A stretch of 64,000 nt of DNA from Octopus vulgaris. Taxonomy: Eukaryota. This document shows positions 39,867-53,761 of this stretch, piece by piece. The DNA is taken from NCBI GenBank assembly GCA_951406725.2, contig OX597816.1, forward strand, positions 48,050,001 to 48,114,000, written 5' to 3'. Within the stretch, counting starts at the first letter, position 1. The number at the start of each line of letters is the position of its first letter. The notes under the pieces were generated by a model. The model saw nothing but the letters and a program-made list of their open reading frames with translations. It was not told where the DNA came from and did not search any database. The translations under genes were made by a program, and so were the position numbers.

Positions 39867-39870
<4 letters not shown>
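39700..39870. repeat. Dispersed Penelope-like terminal repeat. Copies: 4720-4870, 52640-52800, 60240-60370, 61745-61900
   Basis: Shared gaagag..taggct.gaaa.gtaaaagact...taatacacctg.ttgttg...cacctgtc motif. Family assignment is inferred from the hammerhead-like GAAGA..GAAA core. Confidence 0.55.
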
Positions 39871-39904
<34 letters not shown>

Positions 39905-41370
39905 TCATCATCATCGTTTAACATCCGCTTTCCATGCTAGCATTAGCTGGACGATTTGACTGAGGACTGGCGAACCAGATGGCTGCGCCAGGCTCCAATC
40001 TTGATCTGGCAGAGTTTCTACTGATGGATGCCCTTCCTAATGCCTACCACTCTGAGAGTGTAGTGGGTGCTTTTATGTGCCACCTGCACAAGGGCCAGTC
40101 AGGCGGTACTGGCAACGGCCATGCTCAAATGGTGTTTTTTACGTGCCACCTGCACAGGAGCCAATCCAGCAGCACTGGCAATGATGTCACTCAAATATTT
40201 TTCATGTGCCACCGGCACAAGTGTCAGTAAGGCGACGCTGGTAACGATCACGCTCAAATGGTACTTTTTACGTGCCACTGGCATGGAAGCCAGTTAACCG
40301 CTCTGGCCCAAGTTAGCTGATATATATATATATAATACAATTTTACTGAACCTTCAGTTTTTTTATGCTAGACCACTGGTGTGAAATCGATGTTAATTAA
40401 ATTGATATTTAATTTCTCACCCTCATTTTTAATTTATATATATATATGTATATATAATCACTGTGTTGACCAGACTATTGAATGTTGCCATTTACCCTTG
40501 ATCGCAGTGCACTTCCTTACATTGTTATAACTTTTGAATGATGCCACCCCACTGGCCAGACAAGAAGGCAGGCAAACATGCCCCCTGAGTGGAATGCCAG
40601 TCTGACTCAGTTTTACCCATTTACAGCTGAGTGGACTGGAGCAACTTAAAATAAAGGTGTTTTGCTCAACAACACAATGCACCACTAGCCTGAGAACTGA
40701 AACCATGAACATGCAATCACAAGTGCAATACCATAGCCACCATGCCATACTCCTATATGTATACATACATGTGTATACATACATATGTATATATATGGGT
40801 ATGTATATAAACGTATATGAATATATGTGTATTTGTGTATAGATGTATATATATATGAGTATATGTCTTTAGTTATGTATATATATGAGTATGTATGTGT
40901 ATATATATGAGTATGAATATATGTGAATATGTGTGTGTATAAATCTATGTACATAAATGTGTGTGTGGCTGTGAATGTTCATGTGTATATGTATGCTTAT
41001 TTTTCTTTGATGTGTAAGTTTTTTTACTTCACAGAATTCAACTCAGCCACGAAAAAAAAAAAAAGGAGCAAGCTTCTTTTGTTTAACCCTTTAGTATTTA
41101 ATTGGGTATATCAGACCCAAATGTTTTACATATTTTATATTCAAACCAACCAGATACAGCTTCTTATGCCTACCCTACAATGTCATTCTAAAAAAAAAAC
41201 AAAAAAAAAACAATCACATCATTGCAATCTCAAAGCTGTGAGACATTGTATGATAATTAAAAAGATTGTGAATTAATAAGTATTACATTTGACAGAATAA
41301 TTCTGGAGGCTAAAGTGTTAAATCCAAAAAGCTCTTAGGATTGTGGTTATTTGAACTGATTGGTGTGTGC

Positions 41371-41408
<38 letters not shown>

Positions 41409-42329
41409 TTGCTATTATGCAAAAGTATTGTAAGTCCAAAACCTTGCTTTGTTCAGAAAACAAAAAAATAGTTTCACCATTCCATTTCATTTTACATTAG
41501 CAAAAGTTTCATACTTTGCTGCATAAAATCGTAACTCCATGCATAGATGATATTTTCAGTCAGAAATATTTTTGCAAATCTGTCGTATGTGGGACTTACT
41601 ACACTTTTTAAAAATGCTAAACTTTTGTACTACATGTTCTCAATTTTCATATCTTGGCATCTGAAGCAGCTGGAGATACGATAGTTTGACCAAAAGAATT
41701 GGTTATTGCAAGCAAAATTAAATATTCGTTTCTACTCTAGGCACAAGGCCCCAAATTTTGGGGGGAGGGGGCCAGTCGATTAGGTCAACACAGTATACAA
41801 CTGGTACTTAATTTATCGACCCTAAAAGGATGAAAGGCAAAGTCGACCTCGGTGGAATTTGAACACAGAATGTAAAGACAGACGAAATGCCGCTAAGCAT
41901 TTTGCCTGGCAGGCTAACGTTTCTGCTAGCTTGCCGCCTTAGCAAAATTAAATATTGAGAAAAACAAATTTGGTCAAATTTGGACATACGACAGTTTAAC
42001 ATAATAGCAATGATATGTGTGTGTGTGTGTGTATGCATTTGTAGGGTGTGTATGGGTAAACTTGCACACACATAATGGGTGTGCATGTATATCATGTATA
42101 TGTGATCTTGTGCATGTGTCATACTCTGGAACTTAAGAAGAGAATCTCTGGAATGTTTTACAAATTTTTGCTGTATCTCTAATTGATTGTAAATGGAGTG
42201 CTTGGTTCTCTTTCTGGAAAATTTCTGCATTTCTATGTTTTTATGCAGCTCTTGTATTTTGTAGTCTGTTGCATTTGTGATAATAGGAAGACATGAAAAT
42301 CTATAGCCTGGATATAAGGTGGGGAGTTA

Positions 42330-42537
42330 GGGTTCCTGGCTTTAAGAGTGTCACAAAAGGCCTGGTTGGAGATCCAACATTCCAAGTTCTTTTACAGGGC
42401 TTCAAAAAATTGTAAGACCGCTGCAATAAGTGTGTGAATCTGAGAGGAGAATATGTTGAATAAAATCATAGTTAACTGATCATCCTGTATTTTTTTTTTT
42501 TTTTACCCAAAGCCAGGAACTTTTCAGCAGCCCCTCA
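42330..42537 (+). mobile_element. Non-autonomous mariner derivative (second copy 18293-18430)
   Basis: TIRs gttcctggcttt / aaagccaggaac. The interior encodes a mariner C-terminus-like CNKCVNLRGEYVE*. Confidence 0.7.
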
Positions 42538-43765
42538 TAAGAAGTGTTGGTTTCTTGATAGAGGTGTTAGTACTTCATAGATGTTCTTTTGCACCAGTTT
42601 TTGATGCGGTATTCACATGTGCTAGGCAGCTGATCTCTACAACAGCACATAACTTTTCTCCCTCATCATCATCATCATCATCGTTTAACGTTCGTTTTCC
42701 ATGCTAGCATGGGTTGGATGGTTCAACCGGGGTCTGGGAAGCCAGGAGGCTGCACCAGGCACCAGTCTGATCTGGCAGTGTTTCTATAGCTGGATGTCCT
42801 TCCTAACGCCAACCACTCCATGAGTGTAGTGGGTGTTTTTTATGTGCTATCGGAAGCTGGCAAACGGTCACAATCGGTTGGTGCTTTTGGCCTATTGTGC
42901 TTGCACCAAGTTACTGCTTTTATTGGAATGATCCATCAATATTCTTTACTTTTAAAGGTGTTGGACACATTCTATGTTTGGTGTGATTATCAGAACAAAT
43001 TTTCCCATGTATATAGCATTCTAGATGGTTTTAGTGACTCTGTCATACTTCATAGGAAGTTGATGTCTTGTGGAAATCTTTGGACAGCTGCTAATAATAA
43101 TAATACCGGTGATATCTTCCACCCTGTTATGACACAATCAACAGTGGGGCTAGAGATATATTTATCTCCCTTGTTCATCACATATTAGTTTCAAATTTTG
43201 ACACAAGGCCAGTAATTTCAGGTGTACTGGATAAGCCAATGACATTGACTCATGTTTAACTAGTTCCTCTTCTATCAACCCTGAATGGATGAAAGGCAAA
43301 GTCGTCTTTGGTGGAATGTGAACTCAGAATGTGACGATGGGGATGTATGTTCCCCCCTCTCCCAACATCGCTTGACAACTGATGCTGGTGTGTTTACATC
43401 CCCGTAACTTAGCGGTTCGGCAAAAGAGACTGATAGAATAAGTACTAGGCATACAAAAAAACAAGTCCTGGGGTCGATTTGCTCGAATAAAGGTGGTGCT
43501 CCAGCATGGCCACACTCAAATGACTGAAACAAGTAAAAGAGTATATGCATGTGTGTGTGCCTTTGTGTCTGTGTTTGTCCCTCCCTCCAACGCTTGATAA
43601 CCAGTACTGATATGCTTATGTACCCGTAACTTAGTGGTTCGGCAAAGGAAACTGATAGAATAAGTACTAAGCATTAAGAAGAAGTCTTTCTGTTGATTTG
43701 TTCGACTAACACATTTTGAGGATGTGATCCAGCATGGCTACCGTCAAAATGACTGAAACAAGTAA

Positions 43766-44158
43766 TCTCTCTCTATATAAAGCTGAAGTTGTCTGTGTAT
43801 AGCAGGTTTAGTAGCATTTAACTAACACTATCTCTTCCGAGACTCTGCGGCGCAAGTTGATCAAAATTGAGAGTATGATAGAAGAAAGCTTGCTCTTCCT
43901 TCCGTAGAAGAAAAAAATTCAAATCGGACCATGTTAACTCCAAAAATTATTTACATCAAAAAGGTGCTTTTTTTTCTATTAAAATCCATATTTTTTACGA
44001 TTTTTTGACTGCTGTGTCGCCATCTTTTGGTGTATTTCAACCAGAAAAAATTCACTTAAAGAGAATTACAAGCTACATAATGCCAAATTTTTACTTTTCA
44101 AAAATTCCAATTCTAATGGGTCAAAACAAACCCGAGCAACGCCGGGCGATACTGCCAG
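43766..44158 (+). mobile_element. Non-autonomous Helitron-like element
   Basis: Starts TC(tc)tatataaag, has a GC hairpin cccg-agcaacgc-cggg, and ends CCAG|T. The inverted sister copy ends in CTAG. Confidence 0.7.
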
Positions 44159-45699
44159 TAGAATAAAAGAATATCTCAAATTTATTGAGACAGCATGACT
44201 TGCAGAAAATTCCAATTCTACATTTTGGTAGATGTTTAACATCCATTACTGAAATAATCAGGAAATTTAATTTTGCAGTTAAAGGGTTAATATAGACCTT
44301 GTCAGTGCTACTATTGAGGTGGAAGCTACTAGCTATTGTTAGTATTTTCCTACATCTGATGTCCAAGGATTTAAGTGATCAGTCTTGTAACCCAAATGTT
44401 AGTCCACGCTCTGACACTGTGAAAGCAACTTTATTAATGGTTTCATTAAATGCAGACAGCTCTGTGACTTCTATACCTTCCTAAGTTTGCAGAAGTATTA
44501 TTTCATCACTCTTGCTGTTTATATATATACTTGTTTATATATATACTTGTTTGTATGTACATTTGTGTATATGTAAAGGTATGTACATGTTTATGCATGT
44601 ATATGTGTTATATATAACACATATATACATACATACATATATATATCATCATCATCGTTTAACGTCCGTTTTCCATGCTAGCACGGGTTGGACGGTTCGA
44701 CCGGGGTCTAGGAAGCCAGGAGGCTGCACCAGGCTCCAGTCTGATCTGGCAGTGTTTCTACAGCTGGATGTCCTTCCTAACGCCAACCACTCCGTGAGTG
44801 TAGTGGGTGCTTTTTACGTGCCACCAGCGCAGGCGCCAGGGGAGGCTGGCAACAGTCACGATCGGTTGGTGCTTTTTATGTGTCACCGGCACGGAAGCTA
44901 GTCAAGGCGGCGCTGGCATCGGCCATGCCCGGATGGTGCTTTTTATGTACCACCAGCACAGGTATCACAACTACAATTTCCATTTGATTTTTATTTTGAT
45001 GTTGATGTACTTGACTCAATAGGTTTATTTCAACCGAAAAATCTTCACAGTTTTTTTGGCATTAATAAACCAGTATTTTGCACTACTGTTTTTGGTATTT
45101 GAGGGCCGTTTTTTACCCCCACCTTGTTTTGCACCGATGTGCTTACTTGTGTGTGTGTGTGTGTGTGTGTGTATGAAAACAATTCAATGAGAGATGTAAT
45201 GTGTATACACTTAACTGTTATGAACATTTATCTAATACACAACCACAACGTATGTGCCGAGTTAACATTAGTATGTGAGTGTGTGTGTAATTCGAATATT
45301 GTTATTATAAGTTATTAAAGAGTTATATGATTATCAACATAGCTATATCTTATTTCTTTATTGCCCTCAAGGGGCTAAACATAGAGGGGACAAACAAGGA
45401 CAGACAAACGGATTAAGTCGGCGGAATTTGAACTCAGAACATAGCGGCAGACGAAATACCTATTTCTTTACTACCCACAAGGGGCTAAACACAGAGAGGA
45501 CAAATAAGGACAGAAAAACGGATTAAGTCGATTATATCGACCCCAGTTCGTAACTGGTACTTAATTTATCGACCCTGAAAGGATGAAAGGTAAAGTCGAC
45601 ATCGGCGGAATTTGAACTCAGAACGCAGCGGCAGACGAAATACCGCTGAGAATTTCGCCCGGTGTGCTAACATTGCTGCCAGCTCGCCATTTTACACGT

Positions 45700-47420
45700 C
45701 TGTCACCCTTTCGTGTGTGAATTATTTAAAGTATTTTACATATCTATGTATTTATATACACATTATCATTTTACATTTATTATTATTAAATTTACCCCGT
45801 CGATCACACTTGTTGATCAACAGGGTAAACTTCGGTGAAACGAATATAGCTGCACGCTTACTAATCGAAGGATCGTTGTTTCGTATTTCATCAATTCCAC
45901 GGATGTGGTTTACTGAGTAAAGGAGACTACGTAATCTGCTAGAAATAGCAGCCAAATCTTCCTTTAATTTACATCCTGCTATCTTAAAAAGGAATGCGTA
46001 TCGGATAATGTAGACCTGGAGACATTGTCTGAAAAAAAAGAAGTCGGGATGGCCACGAGTGGAACGCTTCTAATCATAGGTCTAATCAAAATTAATCTGG
46101 CGCTCTCTATCACGCTCTTACAATCAAAATCCCAAGAAGCTCCAGCATGGAGGTGTAAATCACTGCTGATATAAACGATGCACTGTAAAAATGAACGACT
46201 ATTCACTGCTTGATGTACTAAGTTCAAACATTCACAGATGCACAGCTTAACAGTGTTGACGTGTCCTAGGTTACACTTAGCTGAAGATAGGCTATTCGGT
46301 GGCGGCGACCCAACGCTTTTAATAAGTAACGAGAATCCCCCGTCACCGTGCAGATAACACTGCTTTCTAAACACACGACTGGCTTGCATATAGCATTTTT
46401 TTTTGTGTGTGTGTATATATGTAAGTACACAATGTCTTGCGCAGACATTAGTCTGCGTAAAGTAGTATATTTATATACGTTTCAACTCCAGGTGTCAATA
46501 TTTAGTTTCAAGCAGTACAACAATATACCGTGTCACTCTGTGTTCGTTCTCAATGCTTCTCTGTAATGAAAGCATATATTTACATCATCGACATAGTGAA
46601 GGAGAGGGTGAAACGGAGGGAAAGAGAAGGCAGCGCGCTGAAATAACTTTCTCTCTCTTTAGTAAATAAATATTTTCTCTGTAGTTAACTCTCTCCCTCT
46701 TTCTTTTTTCTCTCCTTCTCTCTCTCTCTCTCACTGCTTCGATGAGTACGCCCTCTCATTGAGAAATATTGTCTTTCACTTTCAGTATCTCTTTCAGGTA
46801 ATTGTTCTTCTTTTACCTCCGTAAATATTCTACGCCTCTTAAATCTGTCTCTTTCTTCCTTCTAACTTTAGTTCTCTGTCGGCTTTTATGTCACTCTTCC
46901 CCCGCTATCTCTCTCCTGCCCTTCACGGTAATTGGGCCTGCTATCTAAGAATCGGTGGGCGTGTTAGTTAATGACGAGTTATTGCAGTCCGAATGCTGGC
47001 CTTCATAAACTTTATGTGGCTAGTTGGTTAGCGAAATTATTTCTATGAATGTATGTTTGTGTGCACCAGACTACGCATATAAAATAGTGTGTTTGCCAGC
47101 TTATACGTAAGCGGGGGCTGCGTGTTTGTCTTCAGGACTGACTGGTTAATTTAATTAGCTATTTATATAGCTGTCAGTCTTTGTCTGTCAGACGATACGT
47201 TTAAGGGTATGTGTGTTCACCTGTGGTACTGACTGCTTAGAGTGTATAGCTATGTAATTACTATAATTCGAATAGACAAGAGGTAGTCTACGTTGGCAAT
47301 CGAAAGCAAAATGTAAGGTTTGCCTCGAAAAGAAATCGCCAACATTTCCGGCATTCCCTAATGAAAGGCCCTGTCCAAAATGCCCTCACGGTGCACTAAC
47401 GAACCTTAGCTTGAATGATT
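45700..47420. promoter_or_regulatory. CpG-retaining unique island; candidate promoter and non-coding first exon (possible + strand donor cag|gtaatt at 46797/46798)
   Basis: Visibly more CpG than the flanks, largely non-repetitive, with CT-rich tracts, a GCGCAGAC palindrome and a donor-like site. Confidence 0.45.
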
Positions 47421-47476
47421 GATAGATCAGGTACAGTGTGTGTGCATTCGCTGGTGCAATCTGCACATACTCAAAC

Positions 47477-48128
47477 AAGTGTGCCCCCCACACCAACTTT
47501 GTTTCCTCATAACTTCTAGAGAAATCGGTATTTTGTAATGAAAATTTCTACAAATATGCTTCAGTTGATGCAGATTCCGCCTATATTGAAATTTGTTGTG
47601 AAAACGTTTCCCCGTGAGTGGTGAAAGGAGCTTCGGAAAATTCACACGTGTCAGCTTTATTTCCTCATAACTTTCAGAAAAATGGATACTTTTTAATGAA
47701 GTTTTTTTTTATAAATACCTTTCAGATTGTTTATATTACGATTATAGCGGAATTTAATATGTAAAAAAAAAATAAAAAGGTGTCTGTTAGACACCACAAA
47801 ATGAAACTTGAAATTTCGAAAAAAAATTGTGATGTGTCATATCAATTTCCGATATAATCGTAATATAAACAATATGAAAAGTTTTCATCAAAAATTTCAT
47901 TAAAAAACGTAATTTTTTTCCCTGAAAGTTATGAGGAAACAAAGTCAACTTTTGCGAATTTCCAGAAACTCTCCTACCCACTCCCGGAAAATTTTTTTCC
48001 CAACAAAATCCCAATATAATCAGAATTTGATTCACCTGAAGCATATTTGTTTAAACTGTCATTAAAAAATATCTATTCTTCTGGACATTATGAAGAAATA
48101 AAATCGTGGATAGGGGGTGGTCACACTT
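47477..48128. mobile_element. Non-autonomous DNA element with short TIRs and internal repeats
   Basis: aagtgtgcccccca / gggggtggtcacactt ends. Internal tttcctcataactt repeats occur in both orientations. Confidence 0.5.
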
Positions 48129-48849
48129 GGGTAGGTAAGCTGCAAACTGATTGGCTGCAAACCATGCTATTTTTCTTTCGTGCAGGAAAGATGAATTTTA
48201 TTATGTTGATGGGAAAAGTGGATGTCTTGTAAATTATAGGTATTTAGTAGATTTAGCACTTAGATTGGCGTGATGCATAGTACTGGAGAGTTGTGTCATA
48301 TATTGAGGAGCGAGTGAGTGAGTGAGTGAGTGTTTTAGATTATAAGTGACTGACAGAAAGTGATTGATGATGGCAAAATCCGAAAGATGGTTGGCTTTTG
48401 AATGGTAAAAGTTGACTGGTCAAAAACTGAAAGCTTGCAACTAACAAACAATATAGGTTGATATGATGCATAGTGGTGATGATGACCAAAGTGTAGGCGA
48501 TTCTGCTGTGGTGGAGGTGCATGGCTTAGTGGTTTGGGTATTGCACTCATGATCATAAGATTGTAATTTCAATTCCTGAAATGAGCGATACATTTTTTTG
48601 TTTTGTTTTTTTGAGCAAAACAATTCATTTCACGTTGCTCCAATCTACTCAGTAAAAATGAATAATTCTATCATGAAACAGCATCCCACCCAGAGTGGGG
48701 AACATATAGGCCATGGGATTCCGGGAAACCAGCCTTACAAACTTTTGGTTCAGGAAGGACCTTTTGAATTTAGCTGTAAATTCTTTGATGATTTTGTATT
48801 TGTCTATATGTCATTCTGTTTCTATATGTCATTTTATCAAAGCATTATA

Positions 48850-49266
48850 GGTGCAGGAGTGGCTGTGTGTTAAGTAGCTTGCTTACCAACCACATGGTTC
48901 CAGGTTCAGTCCCACTGCATGGCACCTTGGGCAAGTGTCTTCTACTATAGCCTCGGGCCGACTAAAGCCTTGTCAGTGGATTTGGTAGATGGAAACTGAA
49001 AGAAGCCCGTCGTATATATGTACATATATGTGTATGTATGTGTGTGTGCGTATATGTTAGTGTGTGTGTGTTTGTCCCCCCAATATCGCTTGACAATCGA
49101 TGCTGGTGTGTTTACGTCCCTGTAACCTAGCGGTTCAGCAAAAGAGACTGATAGAACAAGTACTAGGCTTACAAAGAATAAGTCCTGGGGTCGATTTGCT
49201 CGACTAAAGGCGGTGCTCCAGCATGGCCGCAGTCAAATGACTGAAACAAGTAAAAGAGTAAAGAGT
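48850..49266 (+). mobile_element. SINE family A, full length
   Basis: Collinear with 20945-21346. Confidence 0.9.
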
Positions 49267-49700
49267 AAAATAAATACAATAAAATTTGTTGCAATCAATC
49301 AACTGGAATAATTTAAGACGTTTGCAGCATTATCATGAACGCTTGCAAGGCTAAGATGCTGGAATAGCCATATGCTCCCATGAGCTTGTCTGACACTTGT
49401 GTTGGATGAAATGCCAAGAAGCGAAGAACTTAATAGTTAGTGGATTAGCTCCTCCTAACATTTCAAATATGACAGGTCGAAAAATGTAATTTACCTGCAA
49501 TTGGCAATTTTTCTACAACTTACTGTTTCTCCTAAATTTGTAACCGCTCAGCCATGCAGGTGTGGCTGTGTGGTTAACAATTTTGCTGCCAAATCATATG
49601 ACTTTTAGTTCATTTGCAGATGCAGTATTCTCCATCACTTCATTTAGAATACACAAGGATGCAACAGAATCACTTACTACTAGTGGGAATAGAAAAAAAA

Positions 49701-50002
49701 CTAGCAGTATCGCCCGGCGTTGCTCGGGTTTGTTTCGACCCTTTAGAATTGGAATTTTTGAAAAGTAAAAATTTTGCCTTATGTAGCTTGTTATTCTCTT
49801 TAAGTGAACATTTTTCTGGTTGAAATACACCGAGAAATAGCGACACAGCAGTAAAAAAATCATAAAAAATAGTGATTTTCATAGAAAAAAAAGCACCTTT
49901 TTGATATAAATAAATTTTGGTTTTAACATGGTCTGATTTGAATTTTTTTTCTACGGAATGAAGAGCAAGCCTTCTTCTATCATACTCTCAATTTTGGTCA
50001 AC
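49701..50002 (-). mobile_element. Non-autonomous Helitron-like element, 5'-truncated sister of 43766-44158
   Basis: ctagcagtatcgcccggcgttgctcgggtttg is the reverse complement of the 3' end at 44127-44158. ORFs 44121-44366(-) and 49562-49768(+) share SIARRCSGLF. Confidence 0.75.
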
Positions 50003-51508
50003 TTTTGTTACTAACCCGGCCAAAACCGGCTCTGGCTCTGTGGTAAAATATCTTGTTTTCATAAGTTTTGAATTAAAATCTTCCACCAAGCCTTAGTCAC
50101 AATTTATGTTCCTAACACTAGCTGAATGATAACTAAATTGTTTTACTAAATTCTTTGTTATATTCAAAATGATTGAAAGAAACACAGAGCATCTCAAAAT
50201 AAATACAGTAATGAAAGGGTTAAGAGGATCTATGTAAGAAAGAAAGGATGATTTGCATTTTTATAGCATTCATAGTTTAGCTTTCTTTAAATATTCTTCA
50301 TGTTTTCTTACATTCATTTCCTCATGCCTCTGTCGGTGTTGTCTTTTCCCTCTATTTATTATATTTTTTCGCTGTTCCTCTCTGATCCATGCCCTATATC
50401 TGTGCGTCCTTTCTTGGGCAGCTTTCAACTGTGTTTCTTGTGAATTTAGAGTTTAGGCTAAATTAACCATTATAAACAAATATCAATTTTTTTTTTTAGC
50501 GAACAGATGATAAATAATTGCACTTATATGCATGGTCACTGTAAAAAAGAGAAATTAGTTTGATAAAAAAATTACTTTTCACTATCAACACGCCACCACC
50601 ACCACCACCACTTATCTGCCCCTCTCTCTCTCTCTCTCTCTCTCAATATAAATGCTACCCCTGTCCATCTCTCTCTGCCTTTCCCTTCAGCTAACTTTTT
50701 AACCACATAATAAGTATTCATTCCCCACTACACATTAACACTTTTTCTCTCTCTTTTTCTTTTTTTTTTCTCTTGATCTCTGCCTCTACCTTCAGCTGAC
50801 CATGTGACCATTTGGTCTTCGCTTATTACTATTAATCACCTTTTTCTGCTTCTTCCTCTCTTCTTTCTTCACCCCTCCCTCCCTCTCTCTCTCACTCTGT
50901 CACTTTTACTCCACCTCCACCTCTCTAACTAATGTATAACAGGCAAACGAACAAACAGATTATTATATAGATAGTGTCTCATATAAGTAATATTCTGCTA
51001 ATCCTGGGACAAAAGATAAGCTGACTGGACCATTTATTATTATTATTATTATTACTATTATTATTATTATCCCTGAATGATTCCTTATACTCTAGAACTG
51101 AGATGGTATTTATGTTTGCTAGGTCTAGCTTTAAAATCAAATTTATCTTAGTATATCAAGTGAAGTTACCAGCATTCAGTTGACATGAAAGACCATGGAG
51201 TCTCCCAGGATCAAAGGACCTGCCACTTTGGCACTATACTCTTCCACATATATCAGTGCCAAGTCTAAGTGAAATAGAGATGTACAACTTTATTCTGGGC
51301 TAAGTAGACTACTAAATGTTTGCTATAGAAAGCATTAAGCCAATCTCCCCAAAAGTTTTTCACTGGAAGGATTAAAAAATATGTTTCAGCCATTTTTTGT
51401 TCTAGACTCTGTTGAGTTACCTTGCTCTAGGAATAGCCAATATTTGCTACAAGCAAAACATTGATCCAGTCTTCAAAAATATACTGAGAAGTCAAAAATA
51501 TGTTTTAG

Positions 51509-51542
<34 letters not shown>

Positions 51543-51823
51543 GCACATATATATATCATCATCATCATCATCATTTAATGTCCGCTTTCCATGATAGCAT
51601 GGGTTGGATGATTTTGACTGAGGGCTGGCGAACCAGATAGCTGCACCAGGCTCCAATCTTGATCTAGCAGAGTTTCTACAGTTGGATGCCCTTCCTAATG
51701 CCAACCACTCTGAGAGTGTAGTGGGTGCTTTTACATGCTACCGGCACAAGGGCCAGTCAGGCGGTACTGGCAATGACCTCGCTTGAATCTTTTTACACAT
51801 GTCACTGGCACAGGTGCCAGTAA

Positions 51824-51870
<47 letters not shown>

Positions 51871-52345
51871 ATATATACATACACATACATAGTGTGGCCC
51901 AAATGACATACACCAAAACATTTGACATTTTATTTATCTTAAGTTGTTATTATTATTATTATTATTATTATTGTTAGGGTGGTGGTCTAGCAGAATTGTT
52001 AGCATGCCAGGCGAAATGCTTAGTGGTATTTCACCAGTCTTTACATTCTGAGTTCAAATTCCACTGCGGTCCACTTTGCCTTTTCCCTTTTGAAGTCAAT
52101 AAATTAAGTACCAATCAAGTACTGGGGTCGATGTAATCAACTAGTACCCTTCCCCCACATTTCAGGCCTTGTGCTTTTAGTAGAAAGGATTATTATTATT
52201 ATTGTTACTCACTTTCTTCATCATGTACAAGTGTGTATATATTCATCATTATTTATTTTATTTAATTTTAGAAAAACTGAAGCATATATATAACTCTGGA
52301 ACATGACTTTTGGCCCACCCTGTACATACATATATACATACATAT

Positions 52346-52397
<52 letters not shown>

Positions 52398-52606
52398 GTA
52401 ACTGGTTTTTACATTTCATGTCCTCTCCAGCCTTGCGCGGGCCTGGGCTAGATGTAAGAAAATCCTGGGTAGCCCAATCGTTAGGATTCCTCTCTCGACC
52501 TTGCTGACGTAGTCCAGAAGAGTGCAGAGCATTACGTTTGGCACTGGGACTCATGTCAGGCAGGGTCGTCAATCCCTGAAGTAGTGAAGAAAATTGCTAC
52601 CCACTA

Positions 52607-52645
<39 letters not shown>

Positions 52646-52916
52646 AAAGTTTACGAAAAAATACAAAAGACGAAGACAGGTGGTGTACAAAACAAACAGA
52701 TGTATTAGTATAGCACTCAGGAATAGAAAAAGCCTTTTACATTTCGAGCCTATGCTCTTCTACAGAAAGGTACACATAAAAAACAAGGAGAGAAAAAAGA
52801 GAGAAAAAATATATATATATTCTATATTGTGTTGAATCCTTCTGCTTTGGGGCTAACTGATGAAGTCACCTCCTCAATCTTTGACTATCCTGGAACATGA
52901 CTTTTGACCCACCCTG

Positions 52917-52965
<49 letters not shown>

Positions 52966-53593
52966 TGTTCTAGACTGTACTATGTCTTTTTTTTAAATAA
53001 TTGTCTTATATTTTGCATCTTGGCAAGAAAGGTGGATGAAAAGATAAGATCAGAGGTTGAAGTGCCAAGATGAGGAAAGAATGGTGATAGATGGAAAAAA
53101 AAATTCAGTAAACATGCTCATTGTAGCTTGATGTGTGAATGAATTTTTGAATATCAAGAGTTCTCATTTAGAAGCATTCTCTTGAAGACATTCCACCATA
53201 GAGTTTTTAATCATCAACTTTGGCATAATGAAAATCCTATTCGGTAGTCCCCTATAAGCAGGTGTCAAGTAGACACTAGTTATTTAAATCTAAGTTAGAC
53301 CCTTAACAAACAATATCATTGATACTCAATGTAAAATGGTGCAGAGCTAATAGTCGCCTTGGTGTTGTGTACAAATATATTTCAACGTGTAGTTTTATTG
53401 CTTACGTAAAAGCTAATTTTGTTCTGTTTGACTTCAGATACTTGTCAATTTTGTTAATATGTATCACATGAAAGATAAAACATGCACTAAAATACCGAAG
53501 AAAAGGAATAAATAAATGAATAAAACCATTAATATACTATAATTAGTTGTTTAAAAGTTGTTACATCAACTCTTTCTTGTGTAAGATTTTATT

Positions 53594-53761
53594 CTATTGC
53601 TTGAAGAACAAACTGCAATCATCAATAATTTTTGGATGTGTTTCCTTCTGTATCTCTTTCTCTCTAGGAAATGTTTTGATGTAATCTCTCCGAACTTGTT
53701 TTTCGCTATCTCCCATATTTGATTTAATTTTTCTATGCCTGTTGTTGCTATCTGTTATAAT
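53594..53761 (-). CDS. Candidate terminal exon of unknown gene
   Basis: Minus-strand acceptor tttttgtgttgttttcctctccag|, then 55 open codons (IITDSNNRHRK...FFKQ*), with the stop followed immediately by AATAAA (53588-53593). No homology recognised. Confidence 0.3.
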   Translation of the reverse strand: MITDSNNRHRKIKSNMGDSEKQVRRDYIKTFPREKEIQKETHPKIIDDCSLFFKQ

